64,000 nt of DNA. It comes from Octopus sinensis. Its lineage: Eukaryota. Shown piece by piece: positions 26,713 through 38,471 of this stretch (the first letter of the stretch is position 1; each line of letters opens with the position of its first letter). A model generated the notes under the pieces. It ran no database searches and had not been told where the DNA came from. It worked only from the letters and a program-made list of their open reading frames with translations. The position numbers and the translations under genes are program-made. Where the stretch lies: NCBI RefSeq assembly GCF_006345805.1, contig NW_021834221.1, positions 1 to 64,000 of the forward strand, in the 5' to 3' direction.

Positions 26713-27464
26713 TCTTTAATAAATAAAAAGAAAACAGGTTTTAATGAAGGAGGGGGCGATTTGGCAACGGACGCCGAATTATAAAATGTCCTTAAAACTT
26801 AGTAATAGAAAATGATATCGGAAAGAAAGACGGGTTTTACAAAATCATTGAGTTAAACAGAAGATGGCTAAATATTGAATATGTTGAGTTAATGTAGCAG
26901 AATTTAAAGATAGGACGAGCAGAATGTAAATATTTCTAAGAGAAGCCAAAGAAATTTAAAATTCTAAAAGAAACGATCAACCTAATGAATTTATAGCAAA
27001 TGTGGATACATTGGAAGAAAGAAAAAAGAAACAATTATTGTCTAACGATGGATACCACCTGAAACGAAAGTTGCGTGAAAACCAATATTATTTACTAAAG
27101 CAAAATACTGTAAAAACATGGTGTCGATGATCTTTTCTGTTTATTCAAAATTTTTGCATTTAAATTGTGTGTATATATGCGAGGGCAAAAAACAAAACAC
27201 GTGGCACTGAACACATCTGACAGGCGTTATATATGTTTCATACCAGTTCGACTCAGCTGTTGGCGTATGGGACGAATATGTCTCATCACAATTTGGAAGA
27301 TTTCTGATGAGACGGTCTGGTTATATACATTTAAAACAAAATGACGATGAGTCACGTTGTTCCATACATACATACATACATACATACATACATACATACA
27401 TACATACATACATACATGCATGCATGCATGCATGCATGCATACATACATGCATGCATACATACA

Positions 27465-27760
27465 TGGAGAAGAGAAACTGTGCACAGTTGTGGAAATTAG
27501 CAGCCCAGTGGATATTAACATAAAGCAGAAGATCAGTGAAAAAGAGAACACCTACGATGAACTATTAAGAAATCTGCAGTTACTCTGTCCAGATTACAAT
27601 TTCAGGTTTATAGCTGTAATTATGGAGGCCCTGGGATATGTAGCACACCACCTAAATACCAATCTTGAGAAATTGGGCTTCTCAGGACCAGAAAGGAGAA
27701 AGCTAATTCGAAGACTACAGATCCAATCCATCATTGGAACTGTACAAATCTGTAATACTA
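27465..27760 (+). pseudogene. R4/Dong-like non-LTR retrotransposon restriction-like endonuclease fragment
   Basis: [33 protein letters not shown]...IAVIMEALG...LQIQSIIGTVQIC fits the C-terminal PD-(D/E)xK RLE domain pattern. Confidence 0.75.
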
Positions 27761-27783
27761 TTGCTTAACCATCTCCTAGCACC

Positions 27784-27831
27784 GTCTCCGATGAAGGGAT
27801 ATAATAAATGTCCTAAAAACAGATGTAAGAC
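27784..27831 (+). ncRNA. Degenerate hammerhead motif
   Basis: GTCT-CCGATGA-AGGGATAT/ATGTCCT-AAAAAC-AGAT-GTA-AGAC. All three stems are intact, but there are two core substitutions (U4C and G12A). Confidence 0.55.
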
Positions 27832-27946
27832 CTTTTATTATAAATGTTCTAAAATCTACACAGCCTTGGTTTTTCATCTCATTGCGAAAAAAGTTTGATA
27901 CATATATATATATATATATATATATATCTATATATATAATATATAT

Positions 27947-28790
27947 GGCGTAGGAGTGGCTGTGTGGTAAGTAGCTTGTTTACCAACCACATGGTTCCGG
28001 GTTCAGTCCCACTGCGTGGCACCTTGGGCAAGTGTCTTATACTATAGCCTCGGGCCGACCAATGCCTTGTGAGTGGATTTGGTAGACGGAAACTGAAAGA
28101 AGCCTGTCGTATATATCTCTCTATATATAAACGGCAGTTTGTCTGTCTGTGTGTCTGTCAGGTTGTACCCTCACCCTGACCACGGCTTTCAACCGATTCT
28201 GATGAAACTTGACACACACATAGCCCAATGTCATAATTCAAAACTAACGCAGCGAAAACTTTGAAAAGTTCCCCCGTTCTGAAAAAGATCGATAAATTCG
28301 ACATGGGGTCGAGAATCTAAGCTTTTTATATGCAACACATTTCTTGTCTAGGGGACACAACTCGACCTTTTTATCGCCCAAAGGGACAGCTAGGAACATC
28401 GTATACACAGAAGTATTCGAGTGAAGAGAAGATATTGCAACCTGCACATGCGCCTTCGTTCCCAAGAGGGAAAGGACTAGATTGGGATTAGTCATTGCCT
28501 ACTAGGGGCTCTTACATACCCGGGCAATGCCGGGCTATGCTGCTAGTATATATATATATATATGTGTGTGTATGTTTGTGTGTCTGTGTTTGTCCCCCTA
28601 GCATTGCTTGACAACCGATGCTGGTGTGTTTATGCCCCCGTTACTTAGCGGTTCGGCAAAAGAGACCGATAGAATAAGTACTGGGCTTACAAAAGAATAA
28701 GTCCCGGGGTCGAGTTGCTCGATTAAAGGCGGTGCTCCAGCATGGCCGCAGTCAAATTACTGAAACAAGTAAAAGAGTAAAAGAGAGAGT
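27947..28790 (+). mobile_element. SINE A, full length, interrupted by Helitron family 2
   Basis: 5' half at 27947-28115 and 3' half at 28547-28790. Confidence 0.9.
28116..28546 (+). mobile_element. Non-autonomous Helitron, family 2
   Basis: 5' TC, 3' hairpin CCCGGGCAATGCCGGG then CTAG, inserted at an A|T within the SINE's internal (TA)n. Confidence 0.8.
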
Positions 28791-29651
28791 ATATATATGT
28801 GTGTGTATATAACATATATATATATATGTATATAACATATATATATCATATCTTTAAGTTTTATATATATATAGGTAGATATATGCATCTATCTATATTT
28901 ATATTTATGTTTGGGTGCGTTTCTGTCTGTGTGTTGTGTGTCTGTGAGTGTTTGTGTGAATGTGTGTATATGGCGTGTTTATACATAAAATACTTAACAA
29001 AACCGCAAATCCAATTATAGGTCAGCTCTCCACATTCTAGCCGCCACCCTCAAACATCGAGAACATAATCCCCAGTTTAGACAGAGATAATTATTGCTAA
29101 AAGCTATACTTTCGTTGTTGGAACAGAGAGAAATCCTATCGAATGACACTAAACTACCTGAGTAACAATAGCACGAACAACAACGAAAAACATGAAGCAA
29201 AAAAGAGGGAAAACACGTATTGTAATAACATCAAAGAAAAACTACGATCTGGAATTATCGACATGAAGACGTTTTATATATCGAATATATACACGTGTAT
29301 GTATGTGTGTTAGTGTATTTCTGTGAATGTTTGTGGGCATGAATGTGTGCGTGAATGTGTGTGTGTGTGTGAGAGAGAGAGAGTGTGCGTACGTTTTCGC
29401 CTTTTGTTCGCATTTGTTCCTGTTTCAATTATGCCATTGTCTCCTTAATCTCCAGATATCGAATAATTTATCACTTGATATTGTTAGATATCGATAATGG
29501 TTACACGTAGGTTATAAGTACTATAATACCGCGCGTGTATATATGCATATAATATATATATATATATATATTTATGCATATATATATATATATATATATA
29601 ATATATATATATATGTATATATATATATACATACATATATATATATATATA

Positions 29652-29699
<48 letters not shown>

Positions 29700-29895
29700 G
29701 TATGTATGTATGTATATGTATTGTATATAGTGTTTGTATCGCAAAACATATTTGCAATACACATGCACACACGTACACATTACGTGCACGCACAAGTGTG
29801 TAAGCTGATGGAAGCAGGGTTAAGTACGAGTGCACACATATAGGTATACCTCTGTACGTCTAGATGCGTCTATACATTCATACGTTTGTGTGTGT

Positions 29896-29951
<56 letters not shown>

Positions 29952-30057
29952 CAGAGAAAAAGCGTTACAGAGTGTGATTGATAGAAGGATTTATCTGTTG
30001 TATATCTGTGTGTTTATAAAACACAAATAAACGTAGTTACATGTACGTATATACATA

Positions 30058-30175
<118 letters not shown>

Positions 30176-30383
30176 AATATATATAATATATATATACATA
30201 TATGCATATATGTATATACATATATATATAATTATATATAATATACACACACATATATGCATATATGTATTATTTATGCATATATATATACATATATGTA
30301 TATAATACATATGTACATATATATATATATATGTTTGCGTGTGTATTATTTATATGTGTATATATGTACGTATATTGATGAAT

Positions 30384-30414
<31 letters not shown>

Positions 30415-30457
30415 CACACAAACATATCTATCTATATATATCAATATACATACATAC

Positions 30458-30501
<44 letters not shown>

Positions 30502-31837
30502 GCGTGTGTATGTGTGTGTGTGTGATTGTGTGCGTGTATGTAAGTGTGTAGGACGTGTCATATGTGCATGACATTCCCATTGTTAAAGTTATGATATCGG
30601 GTTCTCAGCATCTGATTATATCATTCCATTCAGTCAGTATGATGGCTTGTTATCGTTTCCTTTTTCGCATTTTGCGCACAGAACTTCTCAAAGACACCTC
30701 GAAGCACATACACAAGCGTTTGTGTTCGTGTACCTGTGTGCATCTATGAACGTGTGCGTATGATGTTGTGTATCTAGGCATTGCTCTATGGCTAAGCATT
30801 TCATTACTCTACAACTTCCTTTCTTCTTTATTCCATGGAGAGGAATATGGCGCTTATGCCTAACATTATGACGTCGGAGTGGCGTGAAATTAAGAAATGA
30901 TAATTTTACGGTAGTAGTGAAGAAATTCTTTTTTATAAATATATTTTACATTTCCGGCCTTTACCGGACACCATGCAGTAAAACTCATTGCATTTTATGT
31001 CTCACGGTGGTTCTTATTTTCCTATAGACTGGGTTTATATTTTCTGTAAGTTACAGGTTTTAAATGTTGCTATCACTTCCTGGACTTACAGTCTTGCCAC
31101 AGATGTTTTGTAACCATTGATTTCATACCAATTTAACGTTTTGAAAAAAGACAAGATCAATAGCTTGCTTAACCAGGACCTTTCCCAGTGATCGTAGTTG
31201 TAAAATTTACAGTTTGAGATATACATCGACTTAGTATGTTGGGAAAGAACATTTGAACAAATGTTACATTTTTGTAAAATTTTCGGACATTTTTGTAACA
31301 TTTTTGTAACATTAGAACAAAGAATATTCCATATCAGACACAATTTTCTTTTGACTCTCCAATAAAATGGTAGTTACAGTTTCCTGATTCTTTACAGATT
31401 TCTGATCACGAGATCATAGCTCTTTTTTACTTTTCTTAATTAAATCACCGGCAGCAGCATTTTCTGGAAAATAATTGTTTCAAAATTATCAGTTTCTTTG
31501 GAATCTAATTTATAACGCTTCAGTCTTTGATAAATGAGGTACGTTAGATATTTGTTTACTAAGTAGTTTAAATGACACAACTGCCCAAGGTGCTGCAAAA
31601 CGGAACTGACTTCGAGATTACATGGTTTGCAGGCAAACTTCATAATCACACGGATGTATATAGAGATATAACAAACACCCACACAGACACACACACATAC
31701 ACATCAACATATACATTTTATCCATATCCATAGCCATATATATATATATATATATAATATATATACACACACATATATATATTATATATATATATACATA
31801 TATATACATACATATATATATACATATATATTATAAA

Positions 31838-31880
<43 letters not shown>

Positions 31881-31894
31881 TATATATATAATAT

Positions 31895-31928
<34 letters not shown>

Positions 31929-32002
31929 AATGTTGACCGCGTGTGTACCGTTGGTGATGTTTTTCCTCCGTCTTCCCTTCTCTGGATCTTTCCTTTTCCT
32001 AT

Positions 32003-32036
32003 GCTTCTGACGAACAGCTCCGCCGAAACGTTAAAC
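32003..32036 (+). ncRNA. Degenerate minimal hammerhead motif, unit 1
   Basis: GCTT-CTGACGA-ACAGCTCCGCC-GAAAC-GTT-AAAC. Core boxes are intact, stem III is the palindrome ACGT, and stems I and II are imperfect. Confidence 0.45.
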
Positions 32037-32381
32037 CCTTCTTCTTTCCTCAGCGTCCAATAATACTATATTTGTTCCACGTCCTTTTCATGTTTGGATT
32101 AACTATATATATATATAAATATATACGACGGGCTTCTTTCAGTTTCCGTCTACCACATGCACTCGCAAGGCTTCTGTCGGCCCGAGGCTATAATAGAAGA
32201 CACTTGCCCAAGGTGCCACGCAGTAAGACTGAACCCGGAACCATGTGGTTGGTTAGCAAGCTACTTACCACACAGCCACTCCTGCTGTATATATATGTAT
32301 ATATATATAATGTGACCGCGTGTGTACCGTTGGCGATGTTTTTCCTCCGTCTTCCCTTCTCTGGATCTTTCCTTTTCCTAT

Positions 32382-32416
32382 GCTTCTGACGAACAGCTCC
32401 GCTCGAAACGTTAAAC
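32382..32416 (+). ncRNA. Degenerate minimal hammerhead motif, unit 2
   Basis: GCTT-CTGACGA-A-CAGC-TCC-GCTC-GAAAC-GTT-AAAC. Confidence 0.5.
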
Positions 32417-33265
32417 CCTTCTTCTTTCCTGAGCGTCCAATAATACTATATTTGTTCCACGTCCTTTTCATGTTTGGATTAACTATATATATATATAAAT
32501 ATATACGACGGGCTTCTTTCAGTTTCCGTCTACCACATGCACTCGCATGGAATTGGTCGGCCCGAGGCTATAGTAGAAGACACTTGACCAAGGTGTCATG
32601 CAGTGAGACAGAACCCGGAACTATGTGGTTGGTAAGCAAGCTATTTACCACACAGCCACTCCTGCTGTATATATATGTATATATACATATATTTATGTAT
32701 ATATACATATATATATATACATATAGGAACATGTGAACAGGTTAATGGGGGCTTCAGGTAAACAATTATGCGTGTAAATATAAACAAGTGTGTGAATGTT
32801 TGTTCATGCATGTACACCATTTTCTTTGTTTGTTATATTCTACCATTACGTTTATTATCAAATGACTTTTGTGGCGACAAACGATACAAGGTTACTCACT
32901 ACAATGAAATATTTGGCACTCCGAAACTAAGATGTTGATGGTTCATCACTGGTTAATAAATCTTATTTTGACAGCTGTACACACCTTTGATTTGGAGGGG
33001 TTTGTTTTGCTTTTAATTTTAGTTGGGAGTGCTAAGAATTCAATAAGAATTGTATCACGTGATGTATTGAATTTGTCGAGAATATAACCTCAACGAACTC
33101 GCATGCTCACAGCCGTAGTCATTTAAATCTATGTGGCTATGAAATCTTTTTGTGGCTTTTTGTTTATTTATGTGATACGACGATTGTCAGGAGAGATTAC
33201 AGTGGTTGTTACCGGTGCATATACGTGCATGTAGGTGTATACAATATATATATATATATATATAT

Positions 33266-33405
33266 TATTTACATTATTTACATTTGAGGGATATTTGTCC
33301 TCATCTTGTTTGTTGTTAACACAACGTGTCAGCTTATATACCCTTTATCCTTCATCAGGTGTCTTGGGGAAATTTCGAACCTGGTATTTATTATTATTAT
33401 TATTA

Positions 33406-33443
<38 letters not shown>

Positions 33444-33590
33444 GTTATTATTATTATTATCATTATTATTAATGATAATAATATGCCATATGGCATTGTT
33501 GTTAAGAACTGGAGGGTATATCAGCCGAAATGTTGTGTTTACAACAAAGATGACAAATATACATCAATTGTAAATGATGTAAATAATGTA
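33266..33590. mobile_element. Older inverted-repeat PLE-like cassette with two decayed hammerheads around a (TTA)n spacer
   Basis: 33266-33345 and 33513-33590 are imperfect reverse complements. The minus arm reads ACAC-CTGATGA...GACACGTT-GTGT and the plus arm reads CTGGAGGGTATATCAGCC-GAAATGTT-GTGT. Confidence 0.65.
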
Positions 33591-33661
33591 CATAACACCT
33601 CATCTCTTAAATATAGAACTATATGTGTGTGTGTATGCGTGTATGTATGTGTGCATGCATG

Positions 33662-33893
33662 GCACCCATCATCGACTCTATCACAGCACCGACTCCTTCA
33701 CCTGCACTTCTACCTATATAATCTACTGCATCACCTGCTCTCTCTGCCCTTCTCTATACATCGGGCAAACGGGACACCGCTACGCTGATCGGTTCGCGGA
33801 ACACCTCCGAGACAAACGACTCGGCAATGACACTCCGGTCTTGCGCCTTTTCTGTTCTACCGGTCACCCTTTGCAACACCTGTCTGTGTTCGA
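33662..33893 (+). pseudogene. Penelope-like element GIY-YIG endonuclease fragment
   Basis: Within ORF 33586..33948: FTCTSTYIIYCITCSLCPSLYIGQTGHRYADRFAEHLRD..TPV matches the FTC.S..VIY.I.C..C...YIG.T.R....RF.EH signature. Confidence 0.85.
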
Positions 33894-33899
33894 AATCAT

Positions 33900-33966
33900 T
33901 GGTCGAAAATTCCCTATACTGATCTGTCAGTTTCGGCTAATTCCGTAGCCTCATCAGTAGGGACCA
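33900..33966 (-). ncRNA. Canonical type I hammerhead ribozyme
   Basis: Minus strand reads TCCCTA-CTGATGA-GGCTA(CGGAAT)TAGCC-GAA-ACTGA(CAGA)TCAGT-A-TAGGGA. All core nucleotides are present, the three stems are perfect, and the triplet is GUA. Stem I can be extended by TGGTC/GACCA. Confidence 0.9.
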
Positions 33967-34135
33967 CTCAATTCAGCAGATTCCGAACTTAATTTTCTGT
34001 CAGTACATATGAATTCACCATAAAAATCTATGGATGATTTAGTGAATCGCTCAAGTATTTTCAGACAATTAATATAGACAGGGGATACTTAATTGTCCTA
34101 GACATGACTAGGGCGTTAGAACGGTGACCAGTAAT

Positions 34136-34441
34136 AAAGTCACAATTTTGGCTAGGAAAAAAAGTCACAATTTTGGCTAGGAAAAAAGACAATATTGGCT
34201 AGGAAAAAAGTCACAATTTTGGCTTGGAAAAGACACAATTTTGACTAGGAAAAAAGACAATATTGGCTAGGAAAAGTCACAATTTTGGCTAGGAGAAGAG
34301 TTACAATTTTGGGTAGGAAAAAGTCACAATTTTGGCTAAGAAAATAGTCACAATTTTGGCTAGGAAAAAAGGCAATATTGGCTAGGAAAAGTCACAATTT
34401 TGGCTAGGAGAAAAGACACAATTTTGGCTAGGAAAAAAGAC
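34136..34441. repeat. Minisatellite of about 13 x 22-25 bp (AGTCACAATTTTGGCTAGGAAAAA)
   Basis: Seen directly; contiguous units with no unique spacers. Confidence 0.9.
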
Positions 34442-35722
34442 AGAGGTAAGTACAGAGGTAAGTCGTAACAATCTTTAATGCGTCAAATAAAATGTTTTGT
34501 TGTAGGTCATTCGTTTCTTGAAGTTCTGAATCTCATCCAAATCAATTTTACCTTTTATACTTTCAGGACCAATAAATTTATGCTTCTTTGAAGCATTGAG
34601 ATCGATGAAATCGTCTTGCTTCTTCACGTCAAAATTGCTGACCTACCACACTGCAATGCATCAGCGTTCTGTTCGGTGTTATGTTGTTATTTTCATCAGT
34701 TATACGCCATGAAAACCAATTAACCAGTTAACCAGTTAACCGGCGTTATGACACTTCGAGCACGAGAAAATAAATTCTAACTTGATATTTTTATCTCCTA
34801 GAGGTTAACATTATTAAGAGGTGAATAAATTATATGAGGGAAATATGTATATATTAATTCTTCACACGTTCCAACAAATATATTAGTCATCAACAAGTAG
34901 TTTGGTGTTAATTGAATCATCTAATTGGTGTTAAATGAATCTCACGTTGAGATTCATTGATAGGAGGTTTCTTCGTATAATCATTTATTCTGTTTGTTTT
35001 AATCAATGAACTGGGCACATGCAGAGTCAGTCGATCAATTGTCCCCAAAATTTATTTTTTATCCAAACAGTTATGTTATAGGGGATCGTTTGTCAGGTGA
35101 TATGAGGGCAAACGTAAAGACATGCATACATTATAGTTTATAACCCTGAGGAGCTTCCACCAATTTCAGTCTACCGAATTTACTCACATGTTTTGCTTGC
35201 TAGGGACTGCAGCAATGAAAGATATTTACCCAAGCCGCCACGCTGTGAGACTTGATCGAAACCAAATGGCTGCAAAATGATCTTCTTCATCACAAAGACA
35301 CAACGGTGCCTAAAGCGGTCCATGTGTGCATTAACCGATTACGGGATAGTCTCTATAGTTCGCGTGTACAAACGTTTAAAGATCTTTAAAATGCAGATTG
35401 AGTTTGGGTCGGTCAAAAATGGCGAAATGCAAAATTAAATTTATATTTAACCGTTTGGGCCCTGACCTCATGAACCTCATTTGACCATCAACCTGGCAAC
35501 CCACCAGTCCTACGGTATAGAGCGGTGCTATAGTATGCAGAAAAATAAAGCTTTCCACCAGTAAACTGGTGTTAGGGGCTCACAAGATTAAGCATACAAC
35601 CAGAGGTAGTGAGTAAATTCTTGCCCAAATAATAATTAGCGTATGATGCAAATTAAGACAGTGGATTGGTAAAGATGAAGGAATATTTAATTAAAAGCTA
35701 TATGTAGTATGGTAGCGTTTAA

Positions 35723-35951
35723 GGCGGCGAGCTGGCAGAACCGTTAGCACGCCAGACGAAATGCGTAGTCGTATTTCGTCTGCCGTTACGTTCTGAGTTC
35801 AAATTCCGCCGAGGTCGACTTTGCCTTTTATCCTTTCGGGGTCGATAAATTAAGTACCAGTTACGCATGAGGTCGATATAATCGACTTAATCCGTTTGTC
35901 TGTCCTTGTTTGTCCCCTCTGTGTGTAGCCCCCTGTGGGTAGTAAAGAAAT
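35723..35951 (+). mobile_element. SINE B monomer with a 25-bp TSD
   Basis: AGCTATATGTAGTAT(G/T)GTAGC(G/A)TTT occurs at 35696-35720 and 35952-35976. Confidence 0.9.
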
Positions 35952-36199
35952 AGCTATATGTAGTATTGTAGCATTTTATTTTGACTCCTTACATCTTAAT
36001 TTCAATTCCTACTGCGGTCAATTTAATCTTTTAACATCTCGACGTTAAAATGGAGTATTTTTGAAAGTACCGACCGATTTAATCGGCTGACACCTTTCAA
36101 GTAAATGGCAAGTAAGTTATAAGTAAATATTCGATGCGAACGTTTAAGGATTGGCGGTCGACTTTGAATAAATAAAAGCAGTCGAGAAAATTATTTGTA

Positions 36200-37060
36200 G
36201 ACGGAAAGTTAAGCATACAAAGATGAAAAATGATGAACGATTAAATCAGCTGTGATGAAAGAAGTGAGCTGAAACAAGCAAAATGTGGACGAATAAAACA
36301 CTGATTGGCCAATAGGAAAACAAAGGAAGGATATTAATGCAGCAAACATTACACAGATTGACGGAACGATGCGGAGAATAAATATAAATAATTTATAGAA
36401 GAAATAAATCCAGAAAATCATAGAACAAATCATTAACGATGTAACTAAAGACTGGCGTAGTTAAATGTCGAAACGTTGCAGATAAATACGACCAAACAAC
36501 TAATCAAAGCAAACGAAGTATAAGAACGTCGGAGAGAAGACTATGAGGTCGAAAACAAGGTGTAAAGATAATTAAGACGGGAAATTCCGTTTGATATCGA
36601 ACAAGAACTAGAAATCACTTCAGAAGAATTTACACACGCAATTAAGGAACTAAAATGGTTTAAATACCCCAGAAGACATTACGGTAATGTATAGGGTTGT
36701 TAAAACAGGGAGATGGTATGTAAATGTGGGTCTTTCTAAAATTGGTATAGTGTTTTACGTTGAAGAAAATCACTCCGTCAATTGACAGAATTATTTGTTA
36801 TACGATGACTACAGCATGGAAAATACAATAAAATGAAAAAGAATTAACGGTATAATTAGTTTAATTACCAGCTATTTCCAAGTGATACTTCTCTGCGTTT
36901 TACTTGCTCGAATAAACCCAACGATAAAATGGAAACTTTATGATGAGATCGTATTGTTTCCCAGCAGGAAGAGACATTGTTTAGAAGTTTTGCAATGGCT
37001 GACTGTTAAAATTCTCGGAAGAAAAGTCAGGATTTTATCACAATTTTACTGGCGATAAAA
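36200..37060 (+). pseudogene. Highly decayed RTE-like LINE reverse transcriptase N-terminal region
   Basis: Fragments ELEITSEEFTHAIKELK, IISLIT and KVILLCVLLARI..L.DE..F..GR resemble LINE RT motifs 0-3, with many frameshifts. Confidence 0.5.
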
Positions 37061-37612
37061 AGAAAACTTTGACAATATCTGCTACGGCACCCCATATTTT
37101 CAGGCTCTCATTGTTATTCTATAATTATTTCTTTATTCAACCTTTTAAATTTATGATTCGAGTGGCAGGGGGCAGTGTAATTTGTAACAGGTTCCCTATA
37201 ACCAAGTCACCGTTTACCTGCATTTCTGACGACCAGGAAATAAAGGGAGTGTCTACAACTAGGTATAGAGAACTTATCATTCGGTACTTCGTTCATAAAA
37301 GATGCTTTTCTAGGATTTCACACGTACATAATCGTCGTCAATGAATTAATATGATGAAAGATTCACTCAATCTAACACAGACACACACATGAACACATAC
37401 ATACACAGATTAATAATATATATGTATATATATATATATACATACGCCTAAATTATTGTATTCTATGTATATATATATATATATATATATTAATAAAAGG
37501 AATTCCAACCTTGTCTGAATTTCACGTTTTATTTACATTCTTATAATGATATAATATAATATAATATAACAGACTAAAATAAAATAGTAGAATGCTAAAT
37601 GTTCATTCTGAT

Positions 37613-37657
37613 TGAACTAGTACTTTCATGCATTAAATTATGCAATCTTCAGGTTCA
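37613..37657 (-). ncRNA. Minimal type I hammerhead ribozyme motif
   Basis: Minus strand reads TGAAC-CTGAAGA-T-TGCAT(AATTTA)ATGCA-T-GAA-AGTACT-A-GTTCA. It has a 5-bp stem I, U-U at the base of stem II, a palindromic stem III and a CUA triplet. Confidence 0.7.
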
Positions 37658-37733
37658 TGTAGTAGTGGTGACAGTCATGCTTCACAATTTTTGACTGTAT
37701 ATATATATATTTGTATATATATATATATGTATG

Positions 37734-37766
<33 letters not shown>

Positions 37767-37831
37767 CATACGCCTAAATTATTGCATTGCATGTATATAT
37801 ATATATATATGTATATATGCATATATATATA

Positions 37832-37875
37832 TCCAGATGATTTCTTTTGAATGAAACAGTTCTAGTCTGTAGAAG
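37832..37875 (+). ncRNA. Degenerate hammerhead motif
   Basis: CAGATGA-T-TTC(TTTT)GAA-T-GAA-ACAG(TTCTAGT)CTGT-A-GA. There is a U4A substitution and stem I is truncated by (TA)n. Confidence 0.4.
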
Positions 37876-37962
37876 CTCCGTCTATATAATAAATTAATTT
37901 ACTCTGCTATGTATTGAGTACCTTATTTACTGTGGTTAACCCCGACTCAACCCGGGACCTAC

Positions 37963-38037
<75 letters not shown>

Positions 38038-38258
38038 ATACATGCATATATATGTGTGTGTGTATGTATATTAGATAGATGGATACATAGATAGATGGAG
38101 AGAGAGGAGAGAGAGAAAGAAAAATATAAATGTATATAACGCCAGGTTGTCACAAGATCATGATTCATAATACGTAAGTAAACGTAGATGAAGATACACG
38201 GTGAGGTAGTAAAATAAAATTATCTATGTATGCGTTTATATCTATCTATCTATCTACC

Positions 38259-38318
<60 letters not shown>

Positions 38319-38433
38319 AATGCGTGTGAGTGTGCATATGTACTTACATGATATAAAAATACATATACGTTTATACTTTCCAGACGTACCAATGTGAATA
38401 TGTATAATTATATATATATGTGTGTGTGTACGT

Positions 38434-38471
<38 letters not shown>

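Larger units (their letters stand above)
31931..32690 (+). repeat. Tandem duplication of a 379-bp unit: PLE-like hammerhead cassette, (TA)n, and inverted 5' half of SINE A
   Basis: CTGACGA occurs at 32007 and 32386. Both units share private variants such as TACCACATGCACTCGCA. Confidence 0.85.

Noticed and set aside
27279-27320. CTGATGAGAC with an upstream inverted GTCTCATCA
   Set aside because: Only a 9-bp inverted repeat, with no correctly placed GAAA box.
28190-28215. CTGATGAAAC as a hammerhead
   Set aside because: There is no stem II; the sequence is internal to the Helitron.
34136-34441. CRISPR-like array
   Set aside because: The units are contiguous with no unique spacers, there are no cas genes, and the context is eukaryotic.
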